The notes: generated from the letters alone by a model not told the origin. Numbered from the stretch's first letter, positions 27,830 through 36,368 are shown. The stretch: DNA of 64,000 bases from Candidatus Dojkabacteria bacterium (GCA_016932785.1 JAFGCJ010000003.1:40971-104970); one strand, 5' to 3'. Made by a program: numbers and translations.

Positions 27830-28582
27830 TTACTCTTTTCCCATAAGAAATCCCCGAATATAAAGCTTTTCGGCAACATCTACAGACAAACCCCTACTTC
27901 TGAAATAGGTCATAGCACCTTGTGGCACTCTCCCAACAGAAAAACCATGTTTTGCCAAAACATCTCGGTTCATAACCTCTAACTGCGGCCTTCCGTGAAC
28001 CTCACCTCCGGAACCGATCTGCAAAACCTTAGAGTCAAACCCACATGATGATCCTGATGTCTTACTTCCAACATGACCCAATGTATTTACCATTAAATCA
28101 GATCCCGGAAAACACACAAACCTGCAGACAAGATCAAAGTGAGACTCTTTGGCGACCTGCTCATCCTTAAGATCTATTGAAAGTCTATCTCCCTCCCCGA
28201 GAATACCCATGACCTTAAGCCCAAATCTGCTTTTTTCCTTAAGCCTGAAACCCAGTTTAAGATTAAAATCCAGCCTCTTTTTACTAGATCCATTTATTCT
28301 AATTTGAGCTGCTCTCACAAGAGATTTTTCTAGCAAAACATTCCGGGAAAAATCCTTTTTTCGAGATCTTCTACCCTCCCCTTTTTTACCACCTCCAGAA
28401 ACACTTGTATCACCTAAACTATATATCAAGCAACAACCATCATCCCTCTTTCCCTCTAACTCGCCCCAAAATTTATCCCACTCAGCACTACCCTCAAATC
28501 TCCTGGCCTTCTGGCAAGGATTTCCCATTAAGTCAAAGTCTTGTTGCAGCATTTTTTCTAATTCACTTGGAGCCATCACCAA
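27830..28582 (-). CDS. sufD: short SufD-like Fe-S assembly protein
   Basis: 250 aa. C-terminal SufBD-type end FSVGRVPQGAMTYFRSRGLSVDVAEKLYIRGFL. Overlaps sufB by 20 nt. Shorter than typical SufD. Confidence 0.7.
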   Translation of the reverse strand: MVMAPSELEKMLQQDFDLMGNPCQKARRFEGSAEWDKFWGELEGKRDDGCCLIYSLGDTSVSGGGKKGEGRRSRKKDFSRNVLLEKSLVRAAQIRINGSSKKRLDFNLKLGFRLKEKSRFGLKVMGILGEGDRLSIDLKDEQVAKESHFDLVCRFVCFPGSDLMVNTLGHVGSKTSGSSCGFDSKVLQIGSGGEVHGRPQLEVMNRDVLAKHGFSVGRVPQGAMTYFRSRGLSVDVAEKLYIRGFLMGKE

Positions 28583-29987
28583 TTTCTATATCAATTAATC
28601 TCGAAAATTCAACTGAATACTCAAGCGGTAGTGCCTCGGTAAAGCTCTCAATGAAACCTCCAACTATGATTCCCCGCGACGCCTCCTCAGTAAACCCGCG
28701 TGATCTCAAATACCTCAACTGCTCCTCCCTTATACGAATAACTGAAGACTCATGTTCTACCTGAGACATAGGATTTTCAATGTTTAGAACGGGATATGTG
28801 TCAGCCCTACAACCGCCTTCCATTAAAAGCGAAATACATTCAACTCTTGACTGACTATCCGCAGCATTTTCTGAGATAGTAACTTCACCACGAAAAGTCG
28901 ACCTTCCGCCTTTTCTCAGAAGGCTTCTTGCCTCCACTACCGATTTTGTGTCTGGAGCATTATGAAAGACCTTTGCACCAGCATCAATTATCTGATTACT
29001 ACCAGCAAAAGCCAAAGATTTAATCTTCGCCCTCGCTGATTTCCCCTCAAGCCGTACAGTTGGATATTTCATAGTTAAACCACTGCCAACATTGCCGTCA
29101 ATCCACTCTACCGATGCACCATTACCAACAATTGCCTTTTTTGTAACTAGATTCAATACGTTCTTGCTCCAGTTCTGCATGGTAGAAAACTTAACTTTAG
29201 CCTCATCTTCGACAAAAATCTCAACTACACCTGAGTGTAAAGAAACATCTGAATAAAGCGGCGCAACACATCCTTCAATAAACTCCAGACTACTGCCCTT
29301 ATCCACAACAATGATAGTTCTTTCAAACTGTCCCTGACTGGGTGTCTCCATCTGGAAGAAATTGTGCAACGGAGACGTTATATATACCCCTGGGGGTATA
29401 TAAATAAAGCTACCTCCACTCCATATTGCCGCGTTCAGTGCCGCAAACATGTTATTTTCTGGACTAACAAGCTTTCCAAAGTACTTTCTTACAAGATCAG
29501 GATATTCTATGATTGCCTCACTGGTGGTCAGAAATATTACACCTTTTGCCTCCATGTCGGCCTTTATTGAATGATACACCATCTCACTCTCCAACTGAGC
29601 TCCAAGACCAGCCAGAAATTTCTGCTCTACTTCAGGAATACCAAGTTTATAGTATTTTTGACGTATTTCGTCAGGCAAATCCTCCCACTTATCACTTGTT
29701 CCCTGAACGGGCCGTATGAAATAGTTAAGTTTATCAAAGTCTAGTCTGTTTAAGGCGCCAGAAGGGACCCACTCGGGTAATTTTGACGATTTGAAGACTC
29801 TATATGCCATTAACCGATAATCTCGCATCCAGGAAGGTTCTGCTTTTGCATCAGAAATCTCATTAATCAACTGTTCGGAAAGCCCTCCACTCGAATTTCT
29901 GGCTACCGGATTGTGAGCCGAAGAACTGCCTACCTTGTTTTTTCCCTTTTTAGAATCTGTCATACCCTCTTTTTGAGACATCATCAA
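28563..29987 (-). CDS. sufB: Fe-S cluster assembly protein SufB
   Basis: 474 aa. PEWVPSG..., WSGGSFIYIPPGV, GRSTFRGEVTI, YLRSRGFTEEASRGIIVGGF. Confidence 0.92.
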   Translation of the reverse strand: MMMSQKEGMTDSKKGKNKVGSSSAHNPVARNSSGGLSEQLINEISDAKAEPSWMRDYRLMAYRVFKSSKLPEWVPSGALNRLDFDKLNYFIRPVQGTSDKWEDLPDEIRQKYYKLGIPEVEQKFLAGLGAQLESEMVYHSIKADMEAKGVIFLTTSEAIIEYPDLVRKYFGKLVSPENNMFAALNAAIWSGGSFIYIPPGVYITSPLHNFFQMETPSQGQFERTIIVVDKGSSLEFIEGCVAPLYSDVSLHSGVVEIFVEDEAKVKFSTMQNWSKNVLNLVTKKAIVGNGASVEWIDGNVGSGLTMKYPTVRLEGKSARAKIKSLAFAGSNQIIDAGAKVFHNAPDTKSVVEARSLLRKGGRSTFRGEVTISENAADSQSRVECISLLMEGGCRADTYPVLNIENPMSQVEHESSVIRIREEQLRYLRSRGFTEEASRGIIVGGFIESFTEALPLEYSVEFSRLIDIEIGDGSK

Positions 29988-30696
29988 TCAATTCGTTACC
30001 ACCGCTTTTCACAATTTTTCCCTCCTTCATAACATAAACCTTGTCAAACTCACGAATATCTAACCTCTCAGGATTATGGGAAATAATCAGAACAGAAGTC
30101 TTCGAAGGCAAAAGGTCTAGACCTCTCCCTACAATCTTAACTGAATCGGCATCAAGGCCTGAATCAGGTTCATCCAAAATCACATATTTTGGCTCAAGCA
30201 CAACCATTTGAAGAAGTTCCATCTTCTTTCTCTCGCCCCCTGAAAACCCTTTATTAATATCACGCTCCAAAAGAGACTCCGCTATACCAAGTTTTTGCGC
30301 CGTTTTCGTGATTCTTTCGAAAAACTTCTCCATTTTCGTCTTCTTTGCCTCTTCTGGATGGAGCTCAATATACGAGTAAAACATCATGTCGTAGAAATTA
30401 ACACCTGGAATCTCCACAGGACCCTGGAATCCTATAAAAACACCCTTTTTCGCCCTGCCTTCAATGCTAAGTTTCGATAAATCAACAGTCTTACCGTTTT
30501 CTATCAGTTTGATACTGCCCGATTTGGCCTTGGCGTTACCGCAACCTACAATTGCCATTGCCAATGTTGTTTTCCCCGAGCCGTTTGGTCCCATCAGCAA
30601 GTATTTTTTTCCTTCCTCAAGGTCCAAGGATACCCCTTTTATTAGGTTTTTTCCCTCAATGCTCGCGCTAAGGTTCTTAATTTTTATCATCTTCAA
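29950..30696 (-). CDS. sufC: Fe-S cluster assembly ATPase SufC
   Basis: 248 aa. Walker A GPNGSGKTT, ABC signature FSGGERKK, Walker B ILDEPDSGLD. The tracked start is TTG, with an ATG two codons further in. Confidence 0.93.
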   Translation of the reverse strand: MKMIKIKNLSASIEGKNLIKGVSLDLEEGKKYLLMGPNGSGKTTLAMAIVGCGNAKAKSGSIKLIENGKTVDLSKLSIEGRAKKGVFIGFQGPVEIPGVNFYDMMFYSYIELHPEEAKKTKMEKFFERITKTAQKLGIAESLLERDINKGFSGGERKKMELLQMVVLEPKYVILDEPDSGLDADSVKIVGRGLDLLPSKTSVLIISHNPERLDIREFDKVYVMKEGKIVKSGGNELIDDVSKRGYDRF

Positions 30697-30746
30697 AAGG
30701 TTTTTCTTATTTCCACAAGTTTACAATGGTTTTTAAGATGGTTCAA

Positions 30747-30879
30747 TGGGGGTCTGACCCGGATTAGGTCTGTCCCCGCTTCATACACAAAATAGCCTCT
30801 TTTTTAATGAAAATTTGATTAAAACATTGACACAATAAAGTTTTTGTGAGGGACACACCTAACGGGGGTCAGACCCCCA
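30747..30879. repeat. GC-rich ~30-bp imperfect inverted repeats flanking a 72-bp AT-rich core
   Basis: The left arm is tgggggtctgacccggattaggtctgtcccc (30747..30777). The right arm is gggacacacctaacgggggtcagaccccca (30850..30879). Each arm contains a GGGTC-N-GACCC palindrome. The element lies between the hsp20 terminator and a TTGAAC-17-TAAACT candidate sufC promoter. Confidence 0.6.
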
Positions 30880-30890
30880 ACTATAGGATC

Positions 30891-30923
30891 AAAAAAAGCG
30901 AGCGGCACTGCCCGGCCGCCCGC
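30891..30923 (-). terminator. rho-independent terminator of hsp20
   Basis: Minus strand reads GCGGGCGGC-cgggcagt-GCCGCTCGC followed by TTTTTTT. The stem is 9 bp with 1 mismatch. Confidence 0.75.
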
Positions 30924-30949
30924 TTACTATTTCCTAACCAGTAAAACTG

Positions 30950-31363
30950 TTAAGAAACATCTACCTTAATCTTCTTTGGTTTCGCCTCCTCACTCTTTGG
31001 AAGAGTAATTGTTAAAACTCCATCCTCAAAATTAGCATTTGCCTTATCAGGAACAACATCTACAGGTAACACACAAGACCTCGTGAAAGAGGACTTAGAA
31101 ATCTCCTTCCTGTAGTACTTTCTCTTCTTGTCCTCCTCTTCCTTTTCTTGCTGCGCATTACCGACTACCGTGACTTTTCCTGACTCTACAGAGACATCAA
31201 CCTCATCCTTCTTGAATCCGGGAGCTTTAACTTTTACAACAACCTGATCGCCTTCCTCGTAAACATCCATTTCTATATCGCTCATTGCCTCCCATTCTTC
31301 ATCAAGATCCAAAAAGCCCTTTGGTAGCATGCCCCAGGGATTCCAAACAGATAATCTTCTCAT
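30950..31363 (-). CDS. Hsp20/alpha-crystallin small heat-shock protein
   Basis: 137 aa. MDVYEEGDQVVVKVKAPGFKKDEVDVSVE...FTRSCVLPVDV...ANFEDGVLTITLPK. Confidence 0.9.
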   Translation of the reverse strand: MRRLSVWNPWGMLPKGFLDLDEEWEAMSDIEMDVYEEGDQVVVKVKAPGFKKDEVDVSVESGKVTVVGNAQQEKEEEDKKRKYYRKEISKSSFTRSCVLPVDVVPDKANANFEDGVLTITLPKSEEAKPKKIKVDVS

Positions 31364-31412
31364 GTTTCTCAGGGTTTACAAGTTAAATATGTTCCAGACA
31401 GCCTCAGGCGTG

Positions 31413-31439
31413 TTAGCAAACATCGCCCAAGACTGCTAA
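31413..31439. promoter_or_regulatory. CIRCE-like inverted repeat (TTAGCA-N15-TGCTAA) upstream of hsp20
   Basis: Sequence is ttagcaaacatcgcccaagactgctaa, with the same hexamers and spacing as the groES element. It sits 4 nt downstream of a -10 box. Confidence 0.55.
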
Positions 31440-31443
31440 TTTA

Positions 31444-31471
31444 AGTATATCACGGAAGAGTGAATTGTCAA
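31444..31471 (-). promoter_or_regulatory. hsp20 sigma-70-type promoter
   Basis: Minus strand reads TTGACA (31471..31466), a 16-nt spacer, then TATACT (31449..31444). Confidence 0.55.
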
Positions 31472-31574
31472 GAATTTGTCATAAAATTTTTGGTAGACTC
31501 TATAACAGATCGAAAAATACGGTACTCAGCCGTATTTTATTTGTGCCAAATTTTACTTAAATATAAGAGTTTTC

Positions 31575-32957
31575 ATGAACATTTCAATCGTAGGAACAGG
31601 ATACGTCGGGCTTACAACCGGTGCTCTACTCGCAGCAGCTGGTAACAAGGTCTACTGCATAGATGTAGATCCTAACAAGATAAACGTTGTCAAAAAAGGG
31701 AAATCCCATTTTTACGAACAAGGCCTCGACCAATTTGTAAAAAAGACGGTTGATGAAGGTTCTCTAATACCCACTCTGTCATATGAAAAATCAATCCCAG
31801 ACTCGGAGGTAGCAATAATATGCGTTGGAACACCCTCAAAAGGAGATGGCAGCGTGGATCTTTCATACGTATACAACTCAACAGAGTCCATAGCACGGAA
31901 TATGAAAAATGGCACAATAATAGTTCAAAAAAGTACAGTCCCTGTTGGAACAGGAAGAAGACTTCAGAAAATAATTTCCCGCGTCGGTAAGAAGGGTTCC
32001 GTAGTCTCATGCCCCGAATTTTTGGCCGAAGGATCTGCTGTTTTCGACTCTCTCAACATGGACAGATTTGTAATTGGCAGTGAATCTGAACCCGCAAAAC
32101 AAAAGGTAATAAAGCTATTCCAGTCCCTAGACGACTACTCTAGAACCCTCGATCTGGAAAGTTTTGATGAATTCGCAACCATATACAACAAAAAACTCTC
32201 CAAGTTCACCGATATACCTTTTGAAGACCGAATATATTCCATGTCTTTAGAAAGTGCTGAACTCGTAAAGGTGTCCGCTAACTCTTTCCTAACAACGAAA
32301 ATCTCATTTGCAAACTCGATAGCAAAAATCTGTGACAAAGTTGGTGCCGACATAAACGAGGTTATGGATGGTATCGGAGCCGATCACAGAATCGGGAGAG
32401 CATTCCTTTACGCAGGTCTTGGCTGGGGCGGTGGATGTTTTCCAAAAGATACTGCAGGATTAGTATATTCAGCTGAAGAGCAAGGCGTTGACTTCAAACT
32501 CCTCAAATCTGTTGTAGATGTTAACAATGCACAAATCCTTTACGTTGTAAGAAAAGCAAAGGAAATGCTTAAAGGCGAACTGGAAAACAAAATCATTACC
32601 GTGCTTGGACTGTCTTTCAAGCCGGGTACAAGCGATATAAGGATTTCACCATCAATTAAACTAGTGAAAAACCTGACCTACAACCACGCAAAAATTAGGG
32701 TATACGATCCGAAAGCCATGGAAAATACAGAACAGGAGCTTAACAACGACGTTTATTTCGCAAAGGACATCGAAGATGCCCTAAGAGGTACTGAGCTGGC
32801 CATCCTGGCTACAGAATGGCCTGAGTTTATAGAGATGGACTTCTCATCATTGAAGAAATTCTTTAAAACGCCAAATCTACTAGATGCAAGAAACCGCTGG
32901 CCAAAAGAAAAAGTTAAGAAACTGGGCTTCAGCTACTCGGGAATCGGAAGATCCTAA
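31575..32957 (+). CDS. ugd: UDP-glucose/GDP-mannose dehydrogenase family (likely UDP-glucose 6-dehydrogenase)
   Basis: 460 aa. NISIVGTGYVGLTTGA (NAD fold), catalytic-Cys motif GWGGGCFPKD, and GLSFKPGTSDIR. Confidence 0.85.
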   Translation: MNISIVGTGYVGLTTGALLAAAGNKVYCIDVDPNKINVVKKGKSHFYEQGLDQFVKKTVDEGSLIPTLSYEKSIPDSEVAIICVGTPSKGDGSVDLSYVYNSTESIARNMKNGTIIVQKSTVPVGTGRRLQKIISRVGKKGSVVSCPEFLAEGSAVFDSLNMDRFVIGSESEPAKQKVIKLFQSLDDYSRTLDLESFDEFATIYNKKLSKFTDIPFEDRIYSMSLESAELVKVSANSFLTTKISFANSIAKICDKVGADINEVMDGIGADHRIGRAFLYAGLGWGGGCFPKDTAGLVYSAEEQGVDFKLLKSVVDVNNAQILYVVRKAKEMLKGELENKIITVLGLSFKPGTSDIRISPSIKLVKNLTYNHAKIRVYDPKAMENTEQELNNDVYFAKDIEDALRGTELAILATEWPEFIEMDFSSLKKFFKTPNLLDARNRWPKEKVKKLGFSYSGIGRS

Positions 32958-33042
32958 ACCTGTAATGGTTGGCTGAAAATCCTGTTACGAAATTAAACCC
33001 AGATACCAAAAATTCTCATCTTTGATAAAATGATGACCACAT

Positions 33043-33519
33043 ATGGATGAAACTCAAAGAACCAACTCCTGGCTTGCCGAAATGATGTACGAAATATGGG
33101 AAGATAACTTCTCAGACATTCCAAGGAAAAACTTCGTACTTATAAAATTCGGCCGCTCTTCCAAAAGACAACTCGGCTCTATTAAATGGTCCTCCCCCAG
33201 AACCAAGATCAGATCTTTAATGAAGAAAAGGGCCATTCGCGAGCAATACGAAGCACAAGATGACAAAAGAGTAACAGTTATAACAATTACTAAAAAATTC
33301 CTAAACACTGAAATACCCGAGTACGTTGTGAAAGCAACAATAGCCCATGAATTGTGCCACTATACGCATGGATTCAGCTCACCCCTTAAGCAAACCTACC
33401 GCCATCCGCACCAAGGTGGAATTATTCGTAAAGAACTCGAATCCAGAGGACTAGGAGAACTCCGAAAAAAAGCAAAGCGCTGGCTCAAAGAAAACTGGCA
33501 GGACTACGCCTTATCCTAA
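33043..33519 (+). CDS. SprT-like / DUF45-like zinc metalloprotease
   Basis: 158 aa. FGRSSKRQLGSIKW...VITITKKFL...ATIAHELCHYTHG (HExxH), followed by HPHQGG. Confidence 0.5.
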   Translation: MDETQRTNSWLAEMMYEIWEDNFSDIPRKNFVLIKFGRSSKRQLGSIKWSSPRTKIRSLMKKRAIREQYEAQDDKRVTVITITKKFLNTEIPEYVVKATIAHELCHYTHGFSSPLKQTYRHPHQGGIIRKELESRGLGELRKKAKRWLKENWQDYALS

Positions 33520-33520
33520 G

Positions 33521-34306
33521 TCACTTCCATTTATTTTGAGGCATACTGACCCACGACCAATCTCCCTTTACAACATTGTTTCTCTCAGCCTGGTCCTTGG
33601 AGAAATCTTCCAAACCAGGCCTTCCCTTTATCGGAATTGATACAAGCCCTGTTTTGGGGTGAACAGAGAATGGGGACCTTATATTTCCATTTTCATGCAG
33701 GATATTCGCATCGATAAGAACCGAATTGTTACATCTAGTATCCTGAGAATTTGTAAGCGTGAATGGGCAGGATGTTCCTACAGCCTTTCTTAATTTCCCT
33801 GCAACGATAGCGTTATCTTGAAGCCTCTCCTCAAGCAGATCCCTGTACTTGCAAACCAACCTCTTTCCCTCATCCCACCTATTTTTACCTTTCAGGCTTA
33901 CACCGCTCATGTCCCATGCCCACATAAAATGAAAGCCTCTATTTCCAGAATATTTCAACAAATACTCAAGACCCAGATCGTCGAAAACCTCACACATAAC
34001 ACCGGTAACTTTGCCTACCAACTCGATATTTAGGCTTTCTCCCCTCCCATCAATATCAATGACAAACCACCAGTCTTTCCTGCCTTCAATGTGTGGATGA
34101 AAAGACCAAGCATGCTTGTCTGCCCAGTCCACAACCTCCTCAACTTCATCAATATATATCCATCTTTCCTTCTGTGACTTAGGGTGACGATGATACATTA
34201 CTACATCATCAAACTTCTGCTCAATCGCAATTTTTCTACCCACGAGAAAAGGCAGTACCTCATCCGCCATTTTTTCCCAATAATCCAGGACCTTATCCAC
34301 CCCCAC
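33521..34306 (-). CDS. archaeo-eukaryotic primase superfamily protein (LigD polymerase-domain-like primase-polymerase), stand-alone
   Basis: 261 aa. Motif I WWFVIDIDG (DxD), motif II YSGNRGFHFMW (SGxRGxH), motif III IRSPFSVHPKTGLVSIPI. The N-terminus LPFLVGRKIAIEQKF resembles LigD-Pol. Confidence 0.7.
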   Translation of the reverse strand: MGVDKVLDYWEKMADEVLPFLVGRKIAIEQKFDDVVMYHRHPKSQKERWIYIDEVEEVVDWADKHAWSFHPHIEGRKDWWFVIDIDGRGESLNIELVGKVTGVMCEVFDDLGLEYLLKYSGNRGFHFMWAWDMSGVSLKGKNRWDEGKRLVCKYRDLLEERLQDNAIVAGKLRKAVGTSCPFTLTNSQDTRCNNSVLIDANILHENGNIRSPFSVHPKTGLVSIPIKGRPGLEDFSKDQAERNNVVKGDWSWVSMPQNKWK

Positions 34307-34328
34307 TTTCTTTATTTAGTTATTTAAA

Positions 34329-34529
34329 TTAAGTTTTCTCTTTCTCCAAGCCCACCTCAGATTCAGCACTTCCCTCAAGACTATCCAGTAACACCCTACA
34401 TTCCTTCACTAAGGACAGGATTTTTTTCATCCTGTTCTTATCTTCATCATACAGAATTTTAGAAATTTCGTACAACCTGTCCAGAAGTTCTGAAAGATAT
34501 TCCATCGGAGATTCTTTTTCATCTCTCAT
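34329..34529 (-). CDS. small helical hypothetical protein
   Basis: 66 aa with a coiled-coil-like sequence. Lies 22 nt upstream of the AEP gene on the same strand. Confidence 0.4.
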   Translation of the reverse strand: MRDEKESPMEYLSELLDRLYEISKILYDEDKNRMKKILSLVKECRVLLDSLEGSAESEVGLEKEKT

Positions 34530-34715
34530 GATTCTGATATGAAATTTTAACTATCATCGCAGATTATTCAGAAATCTTGTATCATCTGAGCTAGATACCT
34601 TATAAAGACCAAACAATCGCAATGCTCAGGGGTTTTCGACGGGGGAAATTGTTACTTTTATTGTACTATTTTTCCATATATTCCATCATCACCACCCAAG
34701 AAATCCTGATTCATA

Positions 34716-34731
34716 AACAAGAACTCTTGTT
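34716..34731. promoter_or_regulatory. palindrome AACAAGA-ac-TCTTGTT upstream of the XRE regulator
   Basis: 7-bp perfect arms, 42 nt upstream of the ATG at 34773. Candidate auto-operator. Confidence 0.3.
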
Positions 34732-34772
34732 CTATTTTTCATATACTAAATATCTAATACACTTGTAAATAC

Positions 34773-35330
34773 ATGAACCTCAAACAAATTGGCCTTACCA
34801 TAAAGCACATCCGACAAACCAAGGGCCTGACTCAAAAGCAACTTGCAGAGCAAATAGGCACCACCTGGGAGATGGTTTCCAGATACGAAACCGGAAGAAG
34901 CTCCCCCATGGGAAGAATAGACGCCATAGCATTAGCACTCGAGGTACCGGTACACAAAATACTTCAGTCTTCCATCGTTGAAGAAGAGACACCAAGATAC
35001 AACCGCAATCTGGTACCACATGTTAAAACATTAAATACAAACCTGGAGGAAGAAATCAATTCCACAAAATCTTTTTATACCGCTCCAGATTGGATCGTTC
35101 AAAAATTTCTACACCCCTTTGCAATAGACGCTGAAAATCTAGTCTTCGACACGACTCAGGTCGAGAAATCAGGTCTATTGTTTGCCACTCTAGACAAACC
35201 CAAATCCGAACGTAATCTTGTTATTACTTCAGATAAATCAGGAAATCTTTCTGTTACTTCAACCGGAAATATAAAGAAAAACACAAAGATATTAGCAACT
35301 ATTATTGCCTGGGAAAAAAGATTCGCATAA
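34773..35330 (+). CDS. XRE-family HTH transcriptional regulator with a C-terminal beta-rich domain
   Basis: 185 aa. HTH_3 is IRQTKGLTQKQLAEQIGTTWEMVSRYETGRSSP. The C-terminal ~100 aa resembles an S24/LexA-like fold but has AENL where GDSM would be. Confidence 0.75.
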   Translation: MNLKQIGLTIKHIRQTKGLTQKQLAEQIGTTWEMVSRYETGRSSPMGRIDAIALALEVPVHKILQSSIVEEETPRYNRNLVPHVKTLNTNLEEEINSTKSFYTAPDWIVQKFLHPFAIDAENLVFDTTQVEKSGLLFATLDKPKSERNLVITSDKSGNLSVTSTGNIKKNTKILATIIAWEKRFA

Positions 35331-35366
35331 AAAGATTCCACTGCGAACTAAGTAAAACTCCAAAAG

Positions 35367-35732
35367 CTAGAATAGCAAGTCTCCAACACCTTTCTTCTCT
35401 AATTCTTTTAGTAGCTCATCGTTGTCGTCACCGGCAACACGATTTTTGCTGACATAGCCACAACTCTGACACTGATGAACAATCATTAATTCACCATCTT
35501 TTTTCCGATACACTCCCACAGGCTTCATCATGCCTCTACAGTTCGATTTCCGGTCACCGATGCCAATATCAACATGTCTTGAGTACAAACAGAAGGGACA
35601 ATGGTTTCGATTTTGAGTTCCAGGCGCATCGATAGGAACCTTTTTACCACAATTCCTACATACAAAAGAGGTTACCCTAGAGGGCTTACCGTCTTCTGCT
35701 TTCTGGTACTGTGATTGTCTTGCTTGAGCCAT
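35367..35732 (-). CDS. RNHCP-domain zinc-ribbon protein
   Basis: 121 aa. CRNCGKK...GTQNRNHCPFCLYSRHVD...CQSCG. Contains the literal RNHCP signature. Confidence 0.8.
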   Translation of the reverse strand: MAQARQSQYQKAEDGKPSRVTSFVCRNCGKKVPIDAPGTQNRNHCPFCLYSRHVDIGIGDRKSNCRGMMKPVGVYRKKDGELMIVHQCQSCGYVSKNRVAGDDNDELLKELEKKGVGDLLF

Positions 35733-35759
35733 ACTTTTTCACTACAAAATATAAGCGAA

Positions 35760-36368
35760 CTATCTTCGCCTCGATGGACTCTTCGCTGCTCTTCTCTTAG
35801 CCGGTCTAGCTCTGGTCCTTGTCGAAGAGGAAGACCCATTGGAACTCCTCGATCTAACACTCTTTTCTGTCTTAAACAGCAAAGACTTCGCATGGTTTTC
35901 AATAGGAATGAAATCATCGCAAACATCTATTAGTGCCTTAGAGGTAGTCTTACCAAATGCAACTACTTCCACCAGACACCCCAGTGACTGCTGAAGGTAA
36001 TTTACTACCGGAACATAGTCTCCATCCCCACTCACCAAAACAACCGAGTCAACCTTGGCACCAATTCTTACAGCATCCATCGCAATTCCAACATCCCAAT
36101 CGCCTTTTTTGGCTCCTCCAGGGAATACCTGCAGCTCCTTCTCTTTCACTTCAAATCCAGCCTCGTGAACCGCATTAAAGAATTCTTTCTCGGAAGTATC
36201 AGACTGAATAACATAGGCTATTGCCCTTGTTAAAACGCGGTCCGCAACAGCAATCTTTAACAGATTTTTAAAGCTTATTCTCGAATTATAAAAATTCCTA
36301 GCCGAGTAATATAGGTTCTGAACATCGACAAGAACTGCAACTCTTTGGTCTTTATTTCTTACTATCAT
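35760..36368 (-). CDS. NYN-domain (LabA-like) putative RNase with Arg/Ser-rich tail
   Basis: 202 aa. VAVLVDVQNLYYSAR, KKGDWDVGIAMDAV, VVLVSGDGDYVPVV. The tail is SRSSNGSSSSTRTRARPAKRRAAKSPSRRR. Confidence 0.8.
   Translation of the reverse strand: MIVRNKDQRVAVLVDVQNLYYSARNFYNSRISFKNLLKIAVADRVLTRAIAYVIQSDTSEKEFFNAVHEAGFEVKEKELQVFPGGAKKGDWDVGIAMDAVRIGAKVDSVVLVSGDGDYVPVVNYLQQSLGCLVEVVAFGKTTSKALIDVCDDFIPIENHAKSLLFKTEKSVRSRSSNGSSSSTRTRARPAKRRAAKSPSRRR

Noticed and set aside
31460-31645. 61-aa plus-strand ORF overlapping the start of the UDP-glucose dehydrogenase gene.
   Set aside because: It is out of frame with a high-confidence gene whose N-terminal Rossmann motif begins at 31575, and it spans the hsp20 promoter region.
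34932-34958. Perfect CIRCE left half-site TTAGCACTC inside the XRE gene.
   Set aside because: The sequence 9 nt downstream is gtacacaaa, not GAGTGCTAA. It is intragenic and has no promoter context, so it is likely coincidence.
35672-35933. 84-aa (minus) and 72-aa (plus) ORFs overlapping the RNHCP/NYN junction.
   Set aside because: They overlap the well-supported NYN C-terminal Arg/Ser-rich region in other frames. They are a composition-driven artefact.
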